A stretch of 64,000 nucleotides of DNA from Schizochytrium sp. TIO01 (GCA_004764695.1 SMSO01000034.1:1674001-1738000); one strand, 5' to 3'; positions 44,125-55,852 are shown, counted from the stretch's first letter. Notes: generated by a model from the letters alone, not told the origin. A program made the numbers and translations.

Positions 44125-45519
44125 CGACGAGTCTTTCTTTCACAAGCTTGAATTGGAGCTCCTTCGATTCAGACAGATGATGTCAGCACAGGTACCTTCA
44201 AGCCTGCTATTTATTTGTTCGTCGCAGGATCGCTTGATCGGCCATTCCTGGTCGGCCTGGGTGAGTGAGGTCTCTGTGTCTCAGGTTCTGTCTTGAATTA
44301 TAGAATCCTCGCATCGTCGAATTGTCCATTGCCGCTGCAAACTGCATGCATATTATATATCTTTGTATCGATGCATCTGTGTGAGTGAGTGAGTGAGTGA
44401 GTTTTTGTGTGTGTATCTTTCTATTATTCTTTCTTTCTTTCTTTCTTTGCATTCATTGATCGAACTTAACCTTTTCTTTCTTCTGCGCCCTTTTCACCCT
44501 TCCCCACTTGCGCTAGTCGACTCCTACCGTACTTCCTACTCCCCTCCTTTGTCCCTTTCCTCCCTTTCTCTCCTTCCAAATTCTCTCTCTCTTATCCTTT
44601 CTTTTCCCCTTTTCTTTTCTTTTCTTTTCTTTTCTTTTCTTTTCCTTTCTCTCTCTAAGCTGTTCTTTTCCTCCATTTGGTAGTTCTCCCTGTTCTGTTC
44701 CAAGTGTTACTCTATTGTTTACTTCTGTAAGTAAGCAGTCCTAACAACAACAACTCGAACCACAAAAAGAAAGAAGAAATCAGCCTTTCATAAAGTAAAG
44801 TTTTAAATTTTAAATGTTATGATTTATCCTCAGCTGCCGGCGGCTTAGCCGCGCATAGCGAGTACTCTAGGAGCCCCAGGGAGGCGGCGCCCTGAAGAGA
44901 ACGGGGAGGAAGAACAGAACGCCGGGAAGTTGAAAGACTGTTCGTAATTTAATCTCCACAGATTATCTATCTCTGTGAAAGAGCATAGGAGAGAGAAGAC
45001 CAGCACCAGCAAGAAAGGCCCTCCATAGTGGTGGCGTTCTGAGATATGGTCGGCCCTTAAAGCCCCGCGAAAGCTCAGGAGCTGAAGAGAGGGCGCAAGA
45101 GAGAGAGAGATAAAGAAAGGGCGAAGGCCTTTGCCTCTTTTTAGCTGTGCCGAGTGACGATCAATCATTGATCGACGAGGATTTTGTGAGATGAAAGCTT
45201 TTAGCGCTAAGTTTTTCTTTTTCCTTTTTTCTTTCTTTCTTTCTTTTTTATAATTATTATTATTACAGGTTAAATGATGTTTAAAGGGAAAAGAACATCT
45301 TCGCTCCTTCTTCTTTCTCTTGCGGAGTTTTGGTTTTATAGACTTCACGATCGAAAAGCTTTGGAAAGAAACAAAGAGAAGGCTTTCTTTCCATTAGGCT
45401 CTCTTTGTTCGAGGGTACAGTACACTACAGCAAACTTTGCGCAAGTGAAGAATGGAATTGCAGGATAGTAGAGCAAATGAAGAATAAGTAAACCAATACT
45501 TAACTTCACTTACTTAATA

Positions 45520-45558
45520 GGTTAGTTAGTTAGTTAGTTAGTTAGTTGGTTAGTTTAG
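45520..45558. repeat. (GTTA)n microsatellite
   Basis: Read directly. Confidence 0.85.
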
Positions 45559-47296
45559 TCAGTTTTGGAGCTTTGCGCTTAAGAGACGAATTAACGGAGA
45601 ACATACGTAACTTCGAAGCGGAGTTGAGCCCAAAACCAAAGTGAGTGAAGTGGCTTTCTCTCGAGCTGCCTCAGAACCAAACGGATGGCCGCGAGGAGGC
45701 CGCAGACACCGGCTGAACGCCGGGCCACGCAATGGGTGGAAAGTCGGCGAAGCGGACTCGAAGAAGAGCAAGAATGCGCTCTCGAAGAGTTTCATTGATT
45801 CGTTGATTGATTCATCGATTCATTGATTGATTTATTCATTCATTTATTCATCGATTCATTGATTCATTCGTGGTCACAGGAAGGTCCCCGGAGTCACTCG
45901 TGACTGAACACACACCGTGTGCGCGAGGAACGTAGCCTGACCCCCGCTCCCGCCGGAAGCTGCGGTCTGAAGGGAGGGAGGAGGGGCACCGTGGGAGTGT
46001 AGCGCAGACGCCGCTCATGGAAAGCAAACGCCTTTGTCGCCCGGGTCGCCGCCGCAAGCGGAGAGGGTCGAGGTGTCCGGTGACAACGGCGGGAGCTGCG
46101 TGCCTCGCAGGAAAGCTGGGACCGCACAGGCGCGAACACCTCCTCGAAGAACCTGCCTGAGAGACACGGTAGGCATACGTTGCCGTTGCCCCGTCGCTGG
46201 CAGCGGAATTCATTCATTCATTCAGTCTCGGCGCACCCACGTGTTTGTCTCATTCATTCACTCATTCTTTCTTTCATTGGGTCGTTCGTTCTCACGGTCG
46301 ATACGCCCGACCTCCCGTGCGATCCTCACTCACGCGCGTGCGTTTGACCGCAAGCAAGCTCAAGAAGGTCGGCAGAAGCGACGTGGGCCCTCGGGTCAAC
46401 GCCTGCGCCGCAGAAACATCGCCACGCCTTGATCGCCTGCGTGCTTTATTTCGAAGTTTTGATTGTCCTTTTTATTTCTGGTGTTCTCTCGAGGTGTTCT
46501 TTTTTAAGTTTTTTTTTTAAGTTTTTTTTTTAAACTAAAATTTTTAAAAAGAAAAAGAAAAAGAAAAACTTATTGTGATTTCCCTCCCTCGAGAAAACCC
46601 ATACTCCGATTGAACTCGAGACGGACTCGCAGTTCTGCGCGCGGACTCGCGGAGAGAGCCGCGCGCTGCACTCGAAAGGAGCGTGCATTCAAGAACTACG
46701 GCGGCCACCGTCAGGAGCATAACTACCCTGTTTGACGGCATACAATAGCGGGGCCCTTTACCGTGTCATCTTGCAAGCGAGAATCGCTGCGTAGGATCTC
46801 GTGCCCCAATTTCAACCTTGTGACCGCGGACGCACGCAAGTACTGCCGCGTAGGGCTGGGCAACTCGGGGCTGGCATATATCCTTGAGAGAATATTGGGC
46901 AAGTGCTGGCCTTGCTGTCGTTCCTCGTAGGGCTGTAGAAGAAGTCTCGAAGTTGGCCTCGTCGTGCGCTGCGAAGAAATAGCATAGACGAGCAGTGCTC
47001 AACATTATTAACAGGGACCATATCGACCGTGACCATATTTCCTGAAGTTCAAGTACAACAAATCAAAATACCAGCCAAAGAAAAGAACTTCTAACGCTTT
47101 GCTAAGGCCTTGTCTCAAGATTCTGGAGTCCTCATAGGCATTTTTTAACTACTCTTAGACGCGTGGGGCAGAACGAGAAGTAGTTTGTAGAATAAGCTTC
47201 GTGGACAAGACTGGCCCTCACAGCAACAACGACCAAACTGTATTCACCCAGGCTGCAACAGTGCCTAAAGTACGCAGTTAGCTAACAACGCCGGGT

Positions 47297-49786
47297 ATGG
47301 CGGAGCGTAGGACAAGAAGGCCATTTCTGGCGGACGCTCATGCCGGCTCAACGTTGAAGCGGCGAACATCTTCTTCAACCTTGTCCGTAGCATCATCCAT
47401 GACTCGAAGTGAGGAAAGACGACCAAGCCTCGTAGAGGTATTATTTGCTAGCGAAGCCGATGAAGACTATCCAGTTCGTAGCACCAGTTGTACTAATCCT
47501 TCTCGGCCAAGAACCGCCACATCAACCACTGTTCTAAGCTCTGGCAGCCGGAAAACAGCATCATCCTCGACATGGTCTTGGAGCTCCTCCAGAAGTAGCT
47601 TGCATAGTTGCTGCTCAAGCGTCACGTGCTGCTCAGAACCTCTTTCTGCCTCGATTTATGCGGAGTGCTCTGCGGCTTCGTCCTCGAAAACGCCAGCGTC
47701 AACCTCTTCATTCCCCGCCGCCAAAGACCAACTCATCACACACTCTGACATCACCTCTACTGAGGCCTCTCAAGCGTCCCCGGGCCTCCAAAGCCGCCAC
47801 TTCAGCCATCAGTCCTCAACCCGTGAGCTCGAAAAGGTCCTCGAAGACATCGTTGCGAGCTCCAAAAACAGTAAACGCCATCATTCTTTGCCGACCGTTG
47901 CTACGACACAAGCAATAGCATCAGCATCGACATCGCCAAGCTCAAGTTCGCCTTCAGCTTTGACTACAGCCTACACGACGTTCGCATCCCTAAGGTCGAG
48001 CACGGCCGTTACAGCTTCTTCTGCCACCGCAAGAATGACAACATCCCAGGCGGGTTCACCTGCGCCACACTCTGAAGCAGTCATTTCGGACCTCAAGACA
48101 GGTTTTGGGAGCGCTTGTCACTTCATGGACCAATTCGAAGATCAAAGCCAAAATTCCTTGCGCCCATCGTCAAACCAGCAACATGAGTTCTCTCCAGATC
48201 GTGACGCTAAATATGTTGCAAAGGAGCGAGGCCATGGTCTGAGGTTGCGTAAAGATGTGTTGACACCTGCATCAGAGTCCTCCAGATACATCCTCGCAGG
48301 AAACACTGAGCAGGTGCAAATGGCTTGGAGCCAAGGGCCAGAATTACTTTCACAAAAGAAGAAGGAAGTAACGGCGAGCAATACGGAAGCTTGGTGCCAA
48401 GAAAAGGAAGTTTGTGCACGAGATCTCAGGGACGCTCGAGACCAAGCCGAGGTGACAACAGCCGCAGCACTAGGCCTGGTAGTAAAAGATCATGGGCACA
48501 GCCAATCAGTAGGAGCAAGCAAAGATCATCAGCACGTGGGGAAAACTGCACGTGCTTGTGGAGGCGAAGGAGGAGGAGGAGGAGGAGGAGGAGAAGATCT
48601 TCTCTCCAGTGGCCCGGCCAGAACGGGTGGCAGCGGCGAAGGCGAGGGTAACAGATCTGCGGAATGCGTTCCAGAAACCGAGGCGGAAACGGCCGAAGAG
48701 GATAGAAGTGAAGATGATGAGGCGGCCGATTCGAGCTCGGCGTACCTGTCGGCAGCTTCGATGTCCGGTGGAGAGGAATCAATTTCGGGAGCCACAGCGG
48801 AGGTCCTAAGTCCTCTTGCAGCGAGGTATCATGCAGTGCAAGGAGACGACTTGAGTTTGCACATTTCTATTGCTCAAGGTGGCCTTCAACGCATCCGTCG
48901 CGATGCTCAATCTGCCCGAGTGAGTCTGCAAGATATCGTGGATATCTTCGGTCAGTCCATCACAAATATGGCCAGGATCTCTGACAGAGAAATCCTTAGA
49001 TTTGGGCATCGCTGTGCAGATCCCGTCACAATCTTTGATGGGACGTCCGTCCCAGCGGTTCCTTTGCAATCCTACATGTGGCGTATTGTGCGTGCACTCA
49101 ATGCGCACGCAGATCCCGCCCACTTTGCTGTAGACGGGTCTGATCTCTCTGAGCTGTCTCGGCTTCCTGGCAGCGGTGTTGGCAGTGGTGGCACGAGTGG
49201 GGCTGCTGCTGCTTCTGCTGCTTCTGCTACAACTACTTTTCGCAGCACTAGCACAAATGTGCAATCGGGGCGCGGTCCGCCGGCTCGCCGGCGCCCACAT
49301 CGCGAAGCAAGTACTGAGAGTCTCGATGTTCATAGCGAACCTGGGCTTATTGGCGAAAACAGCGCCATGGGCCGGGGCTTGCGTTGCTTATTACTTGCTT
49401 TTGTGTATATTGATCGCGCCTGTACGCACCACCCAGATGCCTTTCGCATTCGCAGCGTATCCATGCATCGAATCGTGCTTACTGCTATTTATTTGGCTCT
49501 TAAATTCTCAGATGACACCCTTCCTAATGCTCACGGAGCATTTGCAAAGCTGGGTGGTATCAGTGCCACAGAACTAACTAATCTTGAGCATCGCTTCTGT
49601 AAGCTCGTTGACTATAGGCTTTATGTGACAGAAGCCGAGTTCCAAGCCCTCTGTATGGAGCAGTTACGCTGCGCTGTACGAAACGTGAGGCTCATTCATG
49701 AAGCGCGAGCTCGAGCTGTTGCAATGAACATTAGACATGCTAAGCGCGCCCATAGACAAGCCCAGGCCACCGCCCGCCGCCGATAA
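47297..49786 (+). CDS. PHO80/P-type (PCL-like) cyclin with a long disordered Ser/Thr-rich N-terminus
   Basis: IFDGTSVPAVPLQSYMWRIV...CLLLAFVYIDR...SMHRIVLTAIYLALKFSDD...FAKLGGISATELTNLEHRFCKLVDYRLYV is the PHO80-like cyclin box. Confidence 0.9.
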   Translation: MAERRTRRPFLADAHAGSTLKRRTSSSTLSVASSMTRSEERRPSLVEVLFASEADEDYPVRSTSCTNPSRPRTATSTTVLSSGSRKTASSSTWSWSSSRSSLHSCCSSVTCCSEPLSASIYAECSAASSSKTPASTSSFPAAKDQLITHSDITSTEASQASPGLQSRHFSHQSSTRELEKVLEDIVASSKNSKRHHSLPTVATTQAIASASTSPSSSSPSALTTAYTTFASLRSSTAVTASSATARMTTSQAGSPAPHSEAVISDLKTGFGSACHFMDQFEDQSQNSLRPSSNQQHEFSPDRDAKYVAKERGHGLRLRKDVLTPASESSRYILAGNTEQVQMAWSQGPELLSQKKKEVTASNTEAWCQEKEVCARDLRDARDQAEVTTAAALGLVVKDHGHSQSVGASKDHQHVGKTARACGGEGGGGGGGGEDLLSSGPARTGGSGEGEGNRSAECVPETEAETAEEDRSEDDEAADSSSAYLSAASMSGGEESISGATAEVLSPLAARYHAVQGDDLSLHISIAQGGLQRIRRDAQSARVSLQDIVDIFGQSITNMARISDREILRFGHRCADPVTIFDGTSVPAVPLQSYMWRIVRALNAHADPAHFAVDGSDLSELSRLPGSGVGSGGTSGAAAASAASATTTFRSTSTNVQSGRGPPARRRPHREASTESLDVHSEPGLIGENSAMGRGLRCLLLAFVYIDRACTHHPDAFRIRSVSMHRIVLTAIYLALKFSDDTLPNAHGAFAKLGGISATELTNLEHRFCKLVDYRLYVTEAEFQALCMEQLRCAVRNVRLIHEARARAVAMNIRHAKRAHRQAQATARRR

Positions 49787-50398
49787 TCCCCTGAATTTGC
49801 AATTTACCTCTTCGCTACCCTATTATGTACTTTTCATCCACCAAGTGGAACGAACGCTGATCTAGCCCATCTTCCTTTAAGTACACACTCTATTCTTCGT
49901 ACTACACACTAGGTCGGTCTCCTTTCTACGGAAACTAAGGCACAACAAGGCACACCAGGCCAAGGCCCAACATAAAATATACATACACGCAAAGCATTGT
50001 ACAAAATCTAAAACTAATTTTCGCATCTTGGAAAGATTAACCGCACCCATTTTTGTAATTCCACTAGGAAAATAAAACAAAATAAACGTCTACAAGTCTC
50101 CGAAGAAATTGAAGAAAACTGAAATCAACGGAAATTCCAGGGAGCATACTCACAGCTTGCATCATCCCTGCCAAGATTAAACCTGTCTGTAATGAGTGAC
50201 CCCCTATATATATAATCTAAAATCATTATTTTCTTTCATGTTTTTATTTTTTCCGTATTTATTTCCAAAGGAGTCATCTCTGACTCTAGAGTGAAATTAA
50301 ATTAGTAATTAGTAATTAGGAATAAACTAGTGTACCGAAGCTTCAAACAAATGTGAGCAGTTTGTTAAGGTTCTTGCGCAAAATAGCGAATAATGGCC

Positions 50399-53300
50399 TC
50401 ACAACCAACCGCGTAACAAAGGCCATCTCTCCTCGGCCCAAATGCGCCATTTGGCCAATTGTAAAGCAAACTTGGCCGCTCGATCTTGAGGTAACTCTTC
50501 AACTTGACCAGCAGCACTCTGGGCAGCCTCGAAAAATGTTTCCGCTCGATCAACAAATTTCTTTGCCCGATTATACTCTTGCAATTTAACTGCCTCCATG
50601 GCCAGATTATAACTTGCGTGAGCCCGGTAATTCGGTTGTTCATGCCAATTACCATTTACAGATGCCTCAACCCAAGCTTTACGTGCCCCACGAAAATCAC
50701 TAACTGCTTGGCGAACCTCACCTAATAGTAAGGCTTGTAAGGGCGGCATGGGTTCTGCCACACGCTGGAATAATTCATAGTATGGGACATGCTCAAGCCG
50801 GTTCAAAGGACGACCTAGAAGCCATAGTGCATTCTCTGCACCGCGTGAATACCCCATGAGTGCTGCAATTGCATAATGGAACAAACTGGCCTCAAGATTC
50901 TCTTGCAAAAACGCATCAAATCCGCGCCGAAGGCGACGCCCCCAGGATCCACGGAGTGCAGTCTTACGCAGATAATGTACAGCTTCGTTACATGCATCAG
51001 TAGTAGTTGCCGCGGTAGCCCAAAGCCAACCTAACGCATGAGCCGCAGGAAGACTCTCGAAATCATCAGCAGCTCGTTTCAGGTACATTTTCGCCCTATG
51101 GACATTACGAAGTTCAGCCTCGTGCAAATATATGTGCGCCGCGTTATATAGCGAGTCGCCGTCACGAAGATTTCGCTCAAAGTACTCCAAAGCCTTCGTT
51201 GCATTCTTTTCTATATCTCCATGACCAAAGAAGTAAATGTATCCTAAGCCATTCAAAGCAGCTAGCTGGTCTTCATGTTCCACAGCATCTTGGTACCGCT
51301 GAATCGCAGCTGACAAGTTCTTTTCAGGAACACCCTCACCTTTCAGGAGCATATTTCCACATGCAGTCATACCACCTGGGTTACCAGCATCTGCTGCGCG
51401 CTCAAAGTAACGATAAGCACGATCATGATCTCTGGCCAAACCATGCGAACCCCAATAATACCAATTACCCACCGCCATCATTGCATCGGTATCGCCCATT
51501 TCAGCTTGCCCAATATAATATTGCACATTGAGATCATCCTCACCCTTTTCACCTGCATCTTCTACAAAATCATGGAGAACCTGCATTTCAACCAGGGTTT
51601 GTTGCCCGCGAGATGTGTGTTCAGTAAGCGAACGACCTGCAACATCTCCGTAATATGCTAGCGCTGCACGACAGTGGCCTTTACGACGCCATTCTTCAGC
51701 CAACACGAGCTTGGCTTCGATGGACCCCTTCAATGCGGCAGTAGCCATATCCTCCATAAGCCTCGCCTTGGTGTTGGCCTCCATAACCCCAGGCTGGACC
51801 ACCTGGCGCGAAGCATCAAATGAAGCATCAATTCCAGTACCTCGAAAAAAAGTTTGAAGCCAGGGATAAACAGCTCGGGTAAAGATAGCTTCCGAATGAC
51901 CGAGCACTTCTGCTCGATAAAGCGCCATATCATTAATGCGAGGAATATTCGCGAGACCAATCTCCACAAGCTCCTCAGTCTCCATGCCTTCTCCTGCCAT
52001 TGAAGAAGTTAAGTCATAATCTTGACATTCATTCGCACTAACCAGTTCGCCATCATTTAATTTTATTTCAGAGGTCGAGGAAGAAGAGCTTGTACAGGAA
52101 GGTAAAAGTCTAGATGATGGGTCTTGAAAAATGTTTGCCAACTCTATTTGAGGTTCAGTATCGCGTGTTGCTTCTAAATTATCAAGCACCTCTTCATGAT
52201 CTAAAGCATGAGTAAAAAGTCGGAGTTGCCTAATTGCGGCATGGGTGTTTGAACCCCAAGCATCGTTCATAAACATAAGTTCACCCTCGCAAGCCAAAAT
52301 GTCTGTAGCTGGCACTTTAAGATGCAAGACACGCTCTCCTTCCTGGAAGACCCCAATCGAAAACATACCATCATTGCTCTCTCCATTTGCAGCTCCTTTT
52401 TCTAGGCGAGTGTCTGTATCATTGCGCACCACAATAGCCATGTGTACCCACTCCCCAATAGGAAACGTTTCTTCACCGTCAAAACCGAAATCCGGTCTTT
52501 CCTTCGTACTGACCCTCAGTGCAAGACGATTGGATCGAGGGAGTAGCCACAACGATGGGGTTCGGCAACCATGTTCATGACCTCGACCTGGACCATGGTA
52601 TAGAAGAGAGCGCAACGAATCTTGTGATTGCCGCGGGTCCACGGCGATCCAGAATGACAACGTCCATTCAGATTGATAAAACACATCGCTCCAGTGTGAT
52701 AATGGTTGTTCACCCAAGAGTCGAGGGAGTTGTAGGTTGCTCTCAAAAAACACCATAGTATCTTTCATAACAAGGACTGGAGGTTTTCTGACAGTTGCTT
52801 GGGGCGATGTCTTCTCTTCATCATCCGAAACCAAAATATTGGGTCTTCTGATGAGAATATCGAGACCTGAGCCTCCGTCTCGCCGGTTTTGGCAGTCTTT
52901 AAATGAGATGACCTCAGACTCCACCACAGGACTGGAAAGATTGTGCGCGAATATTTGAAGTCGTATGTTTGCCTCATAACCAATCCGCAATCGGTGCCGG
53001 CCAGCGAAGATAGCATTTGAGCCAGGAGCTCCATGTGTTAGAGCCCAACGCGCCGCCTTCTCGTCTTCACGGGGATATTGGCGAACATGTACCGAAAACG
53101 TTTTTGGTTCTTGATTCTGATTTCTGTCCTCTTTCACGTCTTCATCAACTTCTACATCATCATTTAAAACCTCTAGCACTTCAACGAGAAGACGGCTTGG
53201 AGAGAGCCATTCGCCCCGAAGTCGCTCTCCAAGTGGCATTGAAAAGGCCAACACGGCTAGCACCTCATCGTGAGTTTGTACGGGAGGCCTGTTTGTATTT

Positions 53301-53818
53301 CGATCGAAATCAAAAACATAGCGGTTTTCACCATCGATTTGAGCTCGTAGAAGCTTTGGCCAATGCCCACCATCACCACACGAACCTTCTATTTCGCTTT
53401 CCCATACATCTATGGTTTCGCATCCTACTGCAGGAATCATTGTCTGAAAATTAGCCAGCTTCGAGGCAAGAATCTCTCGCTGGCTTTCCCAGGATACCAT
53501 CCCTGGTTCCATCCCCGCATAAGAATCATTTGTGATCTTCAGTTTGCCACTAGAAAGATCTGCACGCCTAAGTAATTGGCCTGAATCCTCGTCCTTTACG
53601 GCAAGACCCCAAACGGCATAAACGCCGGCAACTTTTAGAATCTCAAATTGAAATTCGATAGCCACTTCGTCAAAAAGGCAGCATTCTCTAAAGTCACGAC
53701 CTTCGCATCCTTGAACTCGCATGATGTTATTTTCAATAGCCTCATTTGCAGCTGCAGCAAAGAAAAGAAGCGCCACGAGCACTGCTAAGAGCCCCGACGA
53801 CCAATTGCGAGGTCTCAT
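50399..53818 (-). CDS. Secretory-pathway protein with a LamG/concanavalin-like domain and Sel1-like repeats (SEL1L3-like architecture)
   Basis: N-terminal signal peptide. LamG motifs WTLSFWI...RTPSLWL...GEWVHMAIV...QLRLFTHAL. Sel1 repeats such as AMMAVGNWYYWGSHGLARDHDRAYRYFERAA and ALNGLGYIYFFG...KALEYFE. Confidence 0.85.
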   Translation of the reverse strand: MRPRNWSSGLLAVLVALLFFAAAANEAIENNIMRVQGCEGRDFRECCLFDEVAIEFQFEILKVAGVYAVWGLAVKDEDSGQLLRRADLSSGKLKITNDSYAGMEPGMVSWESQREILASKLANFQTMIPAVGCETIDVWESEIEGSCGDGGHWPKLLRAQIDGENRYVFDFDRNTNRPPVQTHDEVLAVLAFSMPLGERLRGEWLSPSRLLVEVLEVLNDDVEVDEDVKEDRNQNQEPKTFSVHVRQYPREDEKAARWALTHGAPGSNAIFAGRHRLRIGYEANIRLQIFAHNLSSPVVESEVISFKDCQNRRDGGSGLDILIRRPNILVSDDEEKTSPQATVRKPPVLVMKDTMVFFESNLQLPRLLGEQPLSHWSDVFYQSEWTLSFWIAVDPRQSQDSLRSLLYHGPGRGHEHGCRTPSLWLLPRSNRLALRVSTKERPDFGFDGEETFPIGEWVHMAIVVRNDTDTRLEKGAANGESNDGMFSIGVFQEGERVLHLKVPATDILACEGELMFMNDAWGSNTHAAIRQLRLFTHALDHEEVLDNLEATRDTEPQIELANIFQDPSSRLLPSCTSSSSSTSEIKLNDGELVSANECQDYDLTSSMAGEGMETEELVEIGLANIPRINDMALYRAEVLGHSEAIFTRAVYPWLQTFFRGTGIDASFDASRQVVQPGVMEANTKARLMEDMATAALKGSIEAKLVLAEEWRRKGHCRAALAYYGDVAGRSLTEHTSRGQQTLVEMQVLHDFVEDAGEKGEDDLNVQYYIGQAEMGDTDAMMAVGNWYYWGSHGLARDHDRAYRYFERAADAGNPGGMTACGNMLLKGEGVPEKNLSAAIQRYQDAVEHEDQLAALNGLGYIYFFGHGDIEKNATKALEYFERNLRDGDSLYNAAHIYLHEAELRNVHRAKMYLKRAADDFESLPAAHALGWLWATAATTTDACNEAVHYLRKTALRGSWGRRLRRGFDAFLQENLEASLFHYAIAALMGYSRGAENALWLLGRPLNRLEHVPYYELFQRVAEPMPPLQALLLGEVRQAVSDFRGARKAWVEASVNGNWHEQPNYRAHASYNLAMEAVKLQEYNRAKKFVDRAETFFEAAQSAAGQVEELPQDRAAKFALQLAKWRIWAEERWPLLRGWL

Positions 53819-54508
53819 TTTGCCGCTACCACTCGTAAGCTAGCTCTGTTGACGCCAACTAACTACCTACGAAAAGGCTACACAGAGTGAGAGCTCACGC
53901 GACCTTTCACCTTGCTGTTATTGAGGCCATGGAGATTTGCGATCTACGAAATTAGATTGATGGATGGATTGCTTTTGACAACGATGTTGTGCCAGAAAAG
54001 TGATCTTTTCTTTTCTTTCGAGTCTTTCATTCTTTCACAGTTTATGATTTACTTTAGTTTTCACGTTTCCCTATGATGACTTTTATTTTTCTTTCCACAT
54101 TTTGCGTTTATTCTAAGCCTTTGCGAATACCTTCGCCATCCCGAGCCCGATTATATTGGCAAGAGATTGTTAAGAGCATCTTGCGAACTGGTGTGTCATG
54201 CAGCAAGTAATAAGAATCCTGGGGATTGCGAGCTCTAAAGCTTGTTGCCTTGACCCGGTATCGTGTCTAGGGCTTCCTTAGCTCTTTCGCTAGCGAAAAA
54301 TAAAGAAGAAGAGCAGGAGAAGAAGTGCAATGGCACATGAACAGACCGAAGCAAAAGAAGGTTTTTGACCTTCGCTACACGTGACTTCGACAAAGTCAAT
54401 ACAAATACATCAAACTATAACCCGTCGCTGTTTAGATCCGCCAAGGGCGCGGGGTTGTAAAGAGACGTTATTTGCTTCTGTGATTGTCTTTGTATAGTTT
54501 CTGGCAAG

Positions 54509-55564
54509 ATGGCGGTTTCTGAGGTGGCTTCAGATTTGGCCAAGAGGCTTGCAGAAGGCGCTGCAGAGGGCGCCAAGCCTCTTGTGGCACGCGGGCAACA
54601 GCTACCTCTGCATTTTGAGAGTGTAGAGGAAGAGGTTAATTTCTTAGGACTGCTTTCACTTCTGGATTTCGGCAGCGGCTACAAGGAGGAGCTTGAGGCT
54701 GGCATGAGCGAGGCTCGCAAATTAGACGAGATCATGCTTTTTGGGGTAATGCATATGCACATTTCAGGCATTGATCTTGGCGCAGATGGCCTGAGGACTA
54801 TCAATGGTTTTCAGATTGAGCAGCACTTTGGTATTCCTAGCCATGTCGAAGAAGAAGCTCTTGGAGGCGCTATTCGAGCCAGCGTTCCCGGTCCTCTTAA
54901 TCCGTTTGTCGAGCTTATGGCTACCGCTCTCAATCAGACAGGAGCCAAGCTCGAAGATCTTAAATGCAAGACTATTGGGCATTTTTTAGTAGATCGCTGC
55001 AGAGAGCTTGGTCCCGATCTTGACGCCGAGGCGGCGGTGAAGCTTCTTGCAGAGACCTTTCCGACATTCGATGACAGCATTCCCGCAAACTTAACTTCCT
55101 CCGGAGAGAAGATCCTCCCTGGTCGTAAGGCTGTGGAGTTTATCGAGCGTCTTGAAGATCGTTTTCACGAAGAGCTTGCCCCTGGCGAGCCTGCTGAAGC
55201 CTTGCGCTACTTGTTGAGAAAGACCTCCGTGAGTAAGCTTCCGGTTAAGGTGGATGCACAGATTATTGAGACCATGCATGCCAAGGGACTACCACTAGGT
55301 GAGGACGTGTCTAGCAATGATACTGACAACTCCACAATCAAGTTGAACCTGGTAAAGAACGAACATAATGATGTTGAACGTGAGCACAAGCTTCGTGCGG
55401 CTGCTTGGGTAAATGCACGCGAAATCATGGCTGATGCTGTGCTTGAAGGCAAGGACGTTACTGCGCGCCAGCTGGACGGATTTCTGAGATCTGCAGGCTC
55501 TGGGGAGGAAGAGGCTAAGGCGGATAGTTTTAAACTTATTGTTCAAGGTACTAAACATTATTAG
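54509..55564 (+). CDS. Divergent queuosine-salvage (DUF2419/QNG1)-like protein
   Basis: Clean 351-aa ORF with an ATG start. LPLHFESVEEEVNFLGLLSLLDFGSG, FPTFDD (cf. FPSFRD), RKAVEF (cf. KRAQI) and LPVKVDAQI (cf. LTMFADY) resemble Q_salvage motifs in the right order. The family call is from memory. Confidence 0.5.
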   Translation: MAVSEVASDLAKRLAEGAAEGAKPLVARGQQLPLHFESVEEEVNFLGLLSLLDFGSGYKEELEAGMSEARKLDEIMLFGVMHMHISGIDLGADGLRTINGFQIEQHFGIPSHVEEEALGGAIRASVPGPLNPFVELMATALNQTGAKLEDLKCKTIGHFLVDRCRELGPDLDAEAAVKLLAETFPTFDDSIPANLTSSGEKILPGRKAVEFIERLEDRFHEELAPGEPAEALRYLLRKTSVSKLPVKVDAQIIETMHAKGLPLGEDVSSNDTDNSTIKLNLVKNEHNDVEREHKLRAAAWVNAREIMADAVLEGKDVTARQLDGFLRSAGSGEEEAKADSFKLIVQGTKHY

Positions 55565-55852
55565 ACTTATGGTGTAAAGGACATCGTAGTTCATCGCGCA
55601 CAACACTGGGTATAAGTGCACGGGAAGCTGCAGAGCCTGTCTGAAATCTCTCACAACATCACCGAAAACATAGACTAGAATGATAAACTTTATTAGCATC
55701 GTACTATGCCTTTATCTAATACTACTGGGTAGAAATTTTAATGTAGTATGGGAAGGAGTAAGAAGAAAATATGAGACCGTCTTGCAGTAACTTTTGTATT
55801 TATTAACTTGACCCAGAAATAGACGAGTCTAATCCCATGGTATTTTAGAAAC

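Noticed and set aside
45874-45905. CAGGAAGGTCCCCGG resembling the RNase MRP/P CR-I motif (GAAAGUCCCCGG)
   Set aside because: I found no matching CR-V (AC..GGGGCUNA) or GARAR-loop P8 at a plausible distance, and the upstream sequence is microsatellite. An Rfam RF00030/RF00009 scan would settle it.
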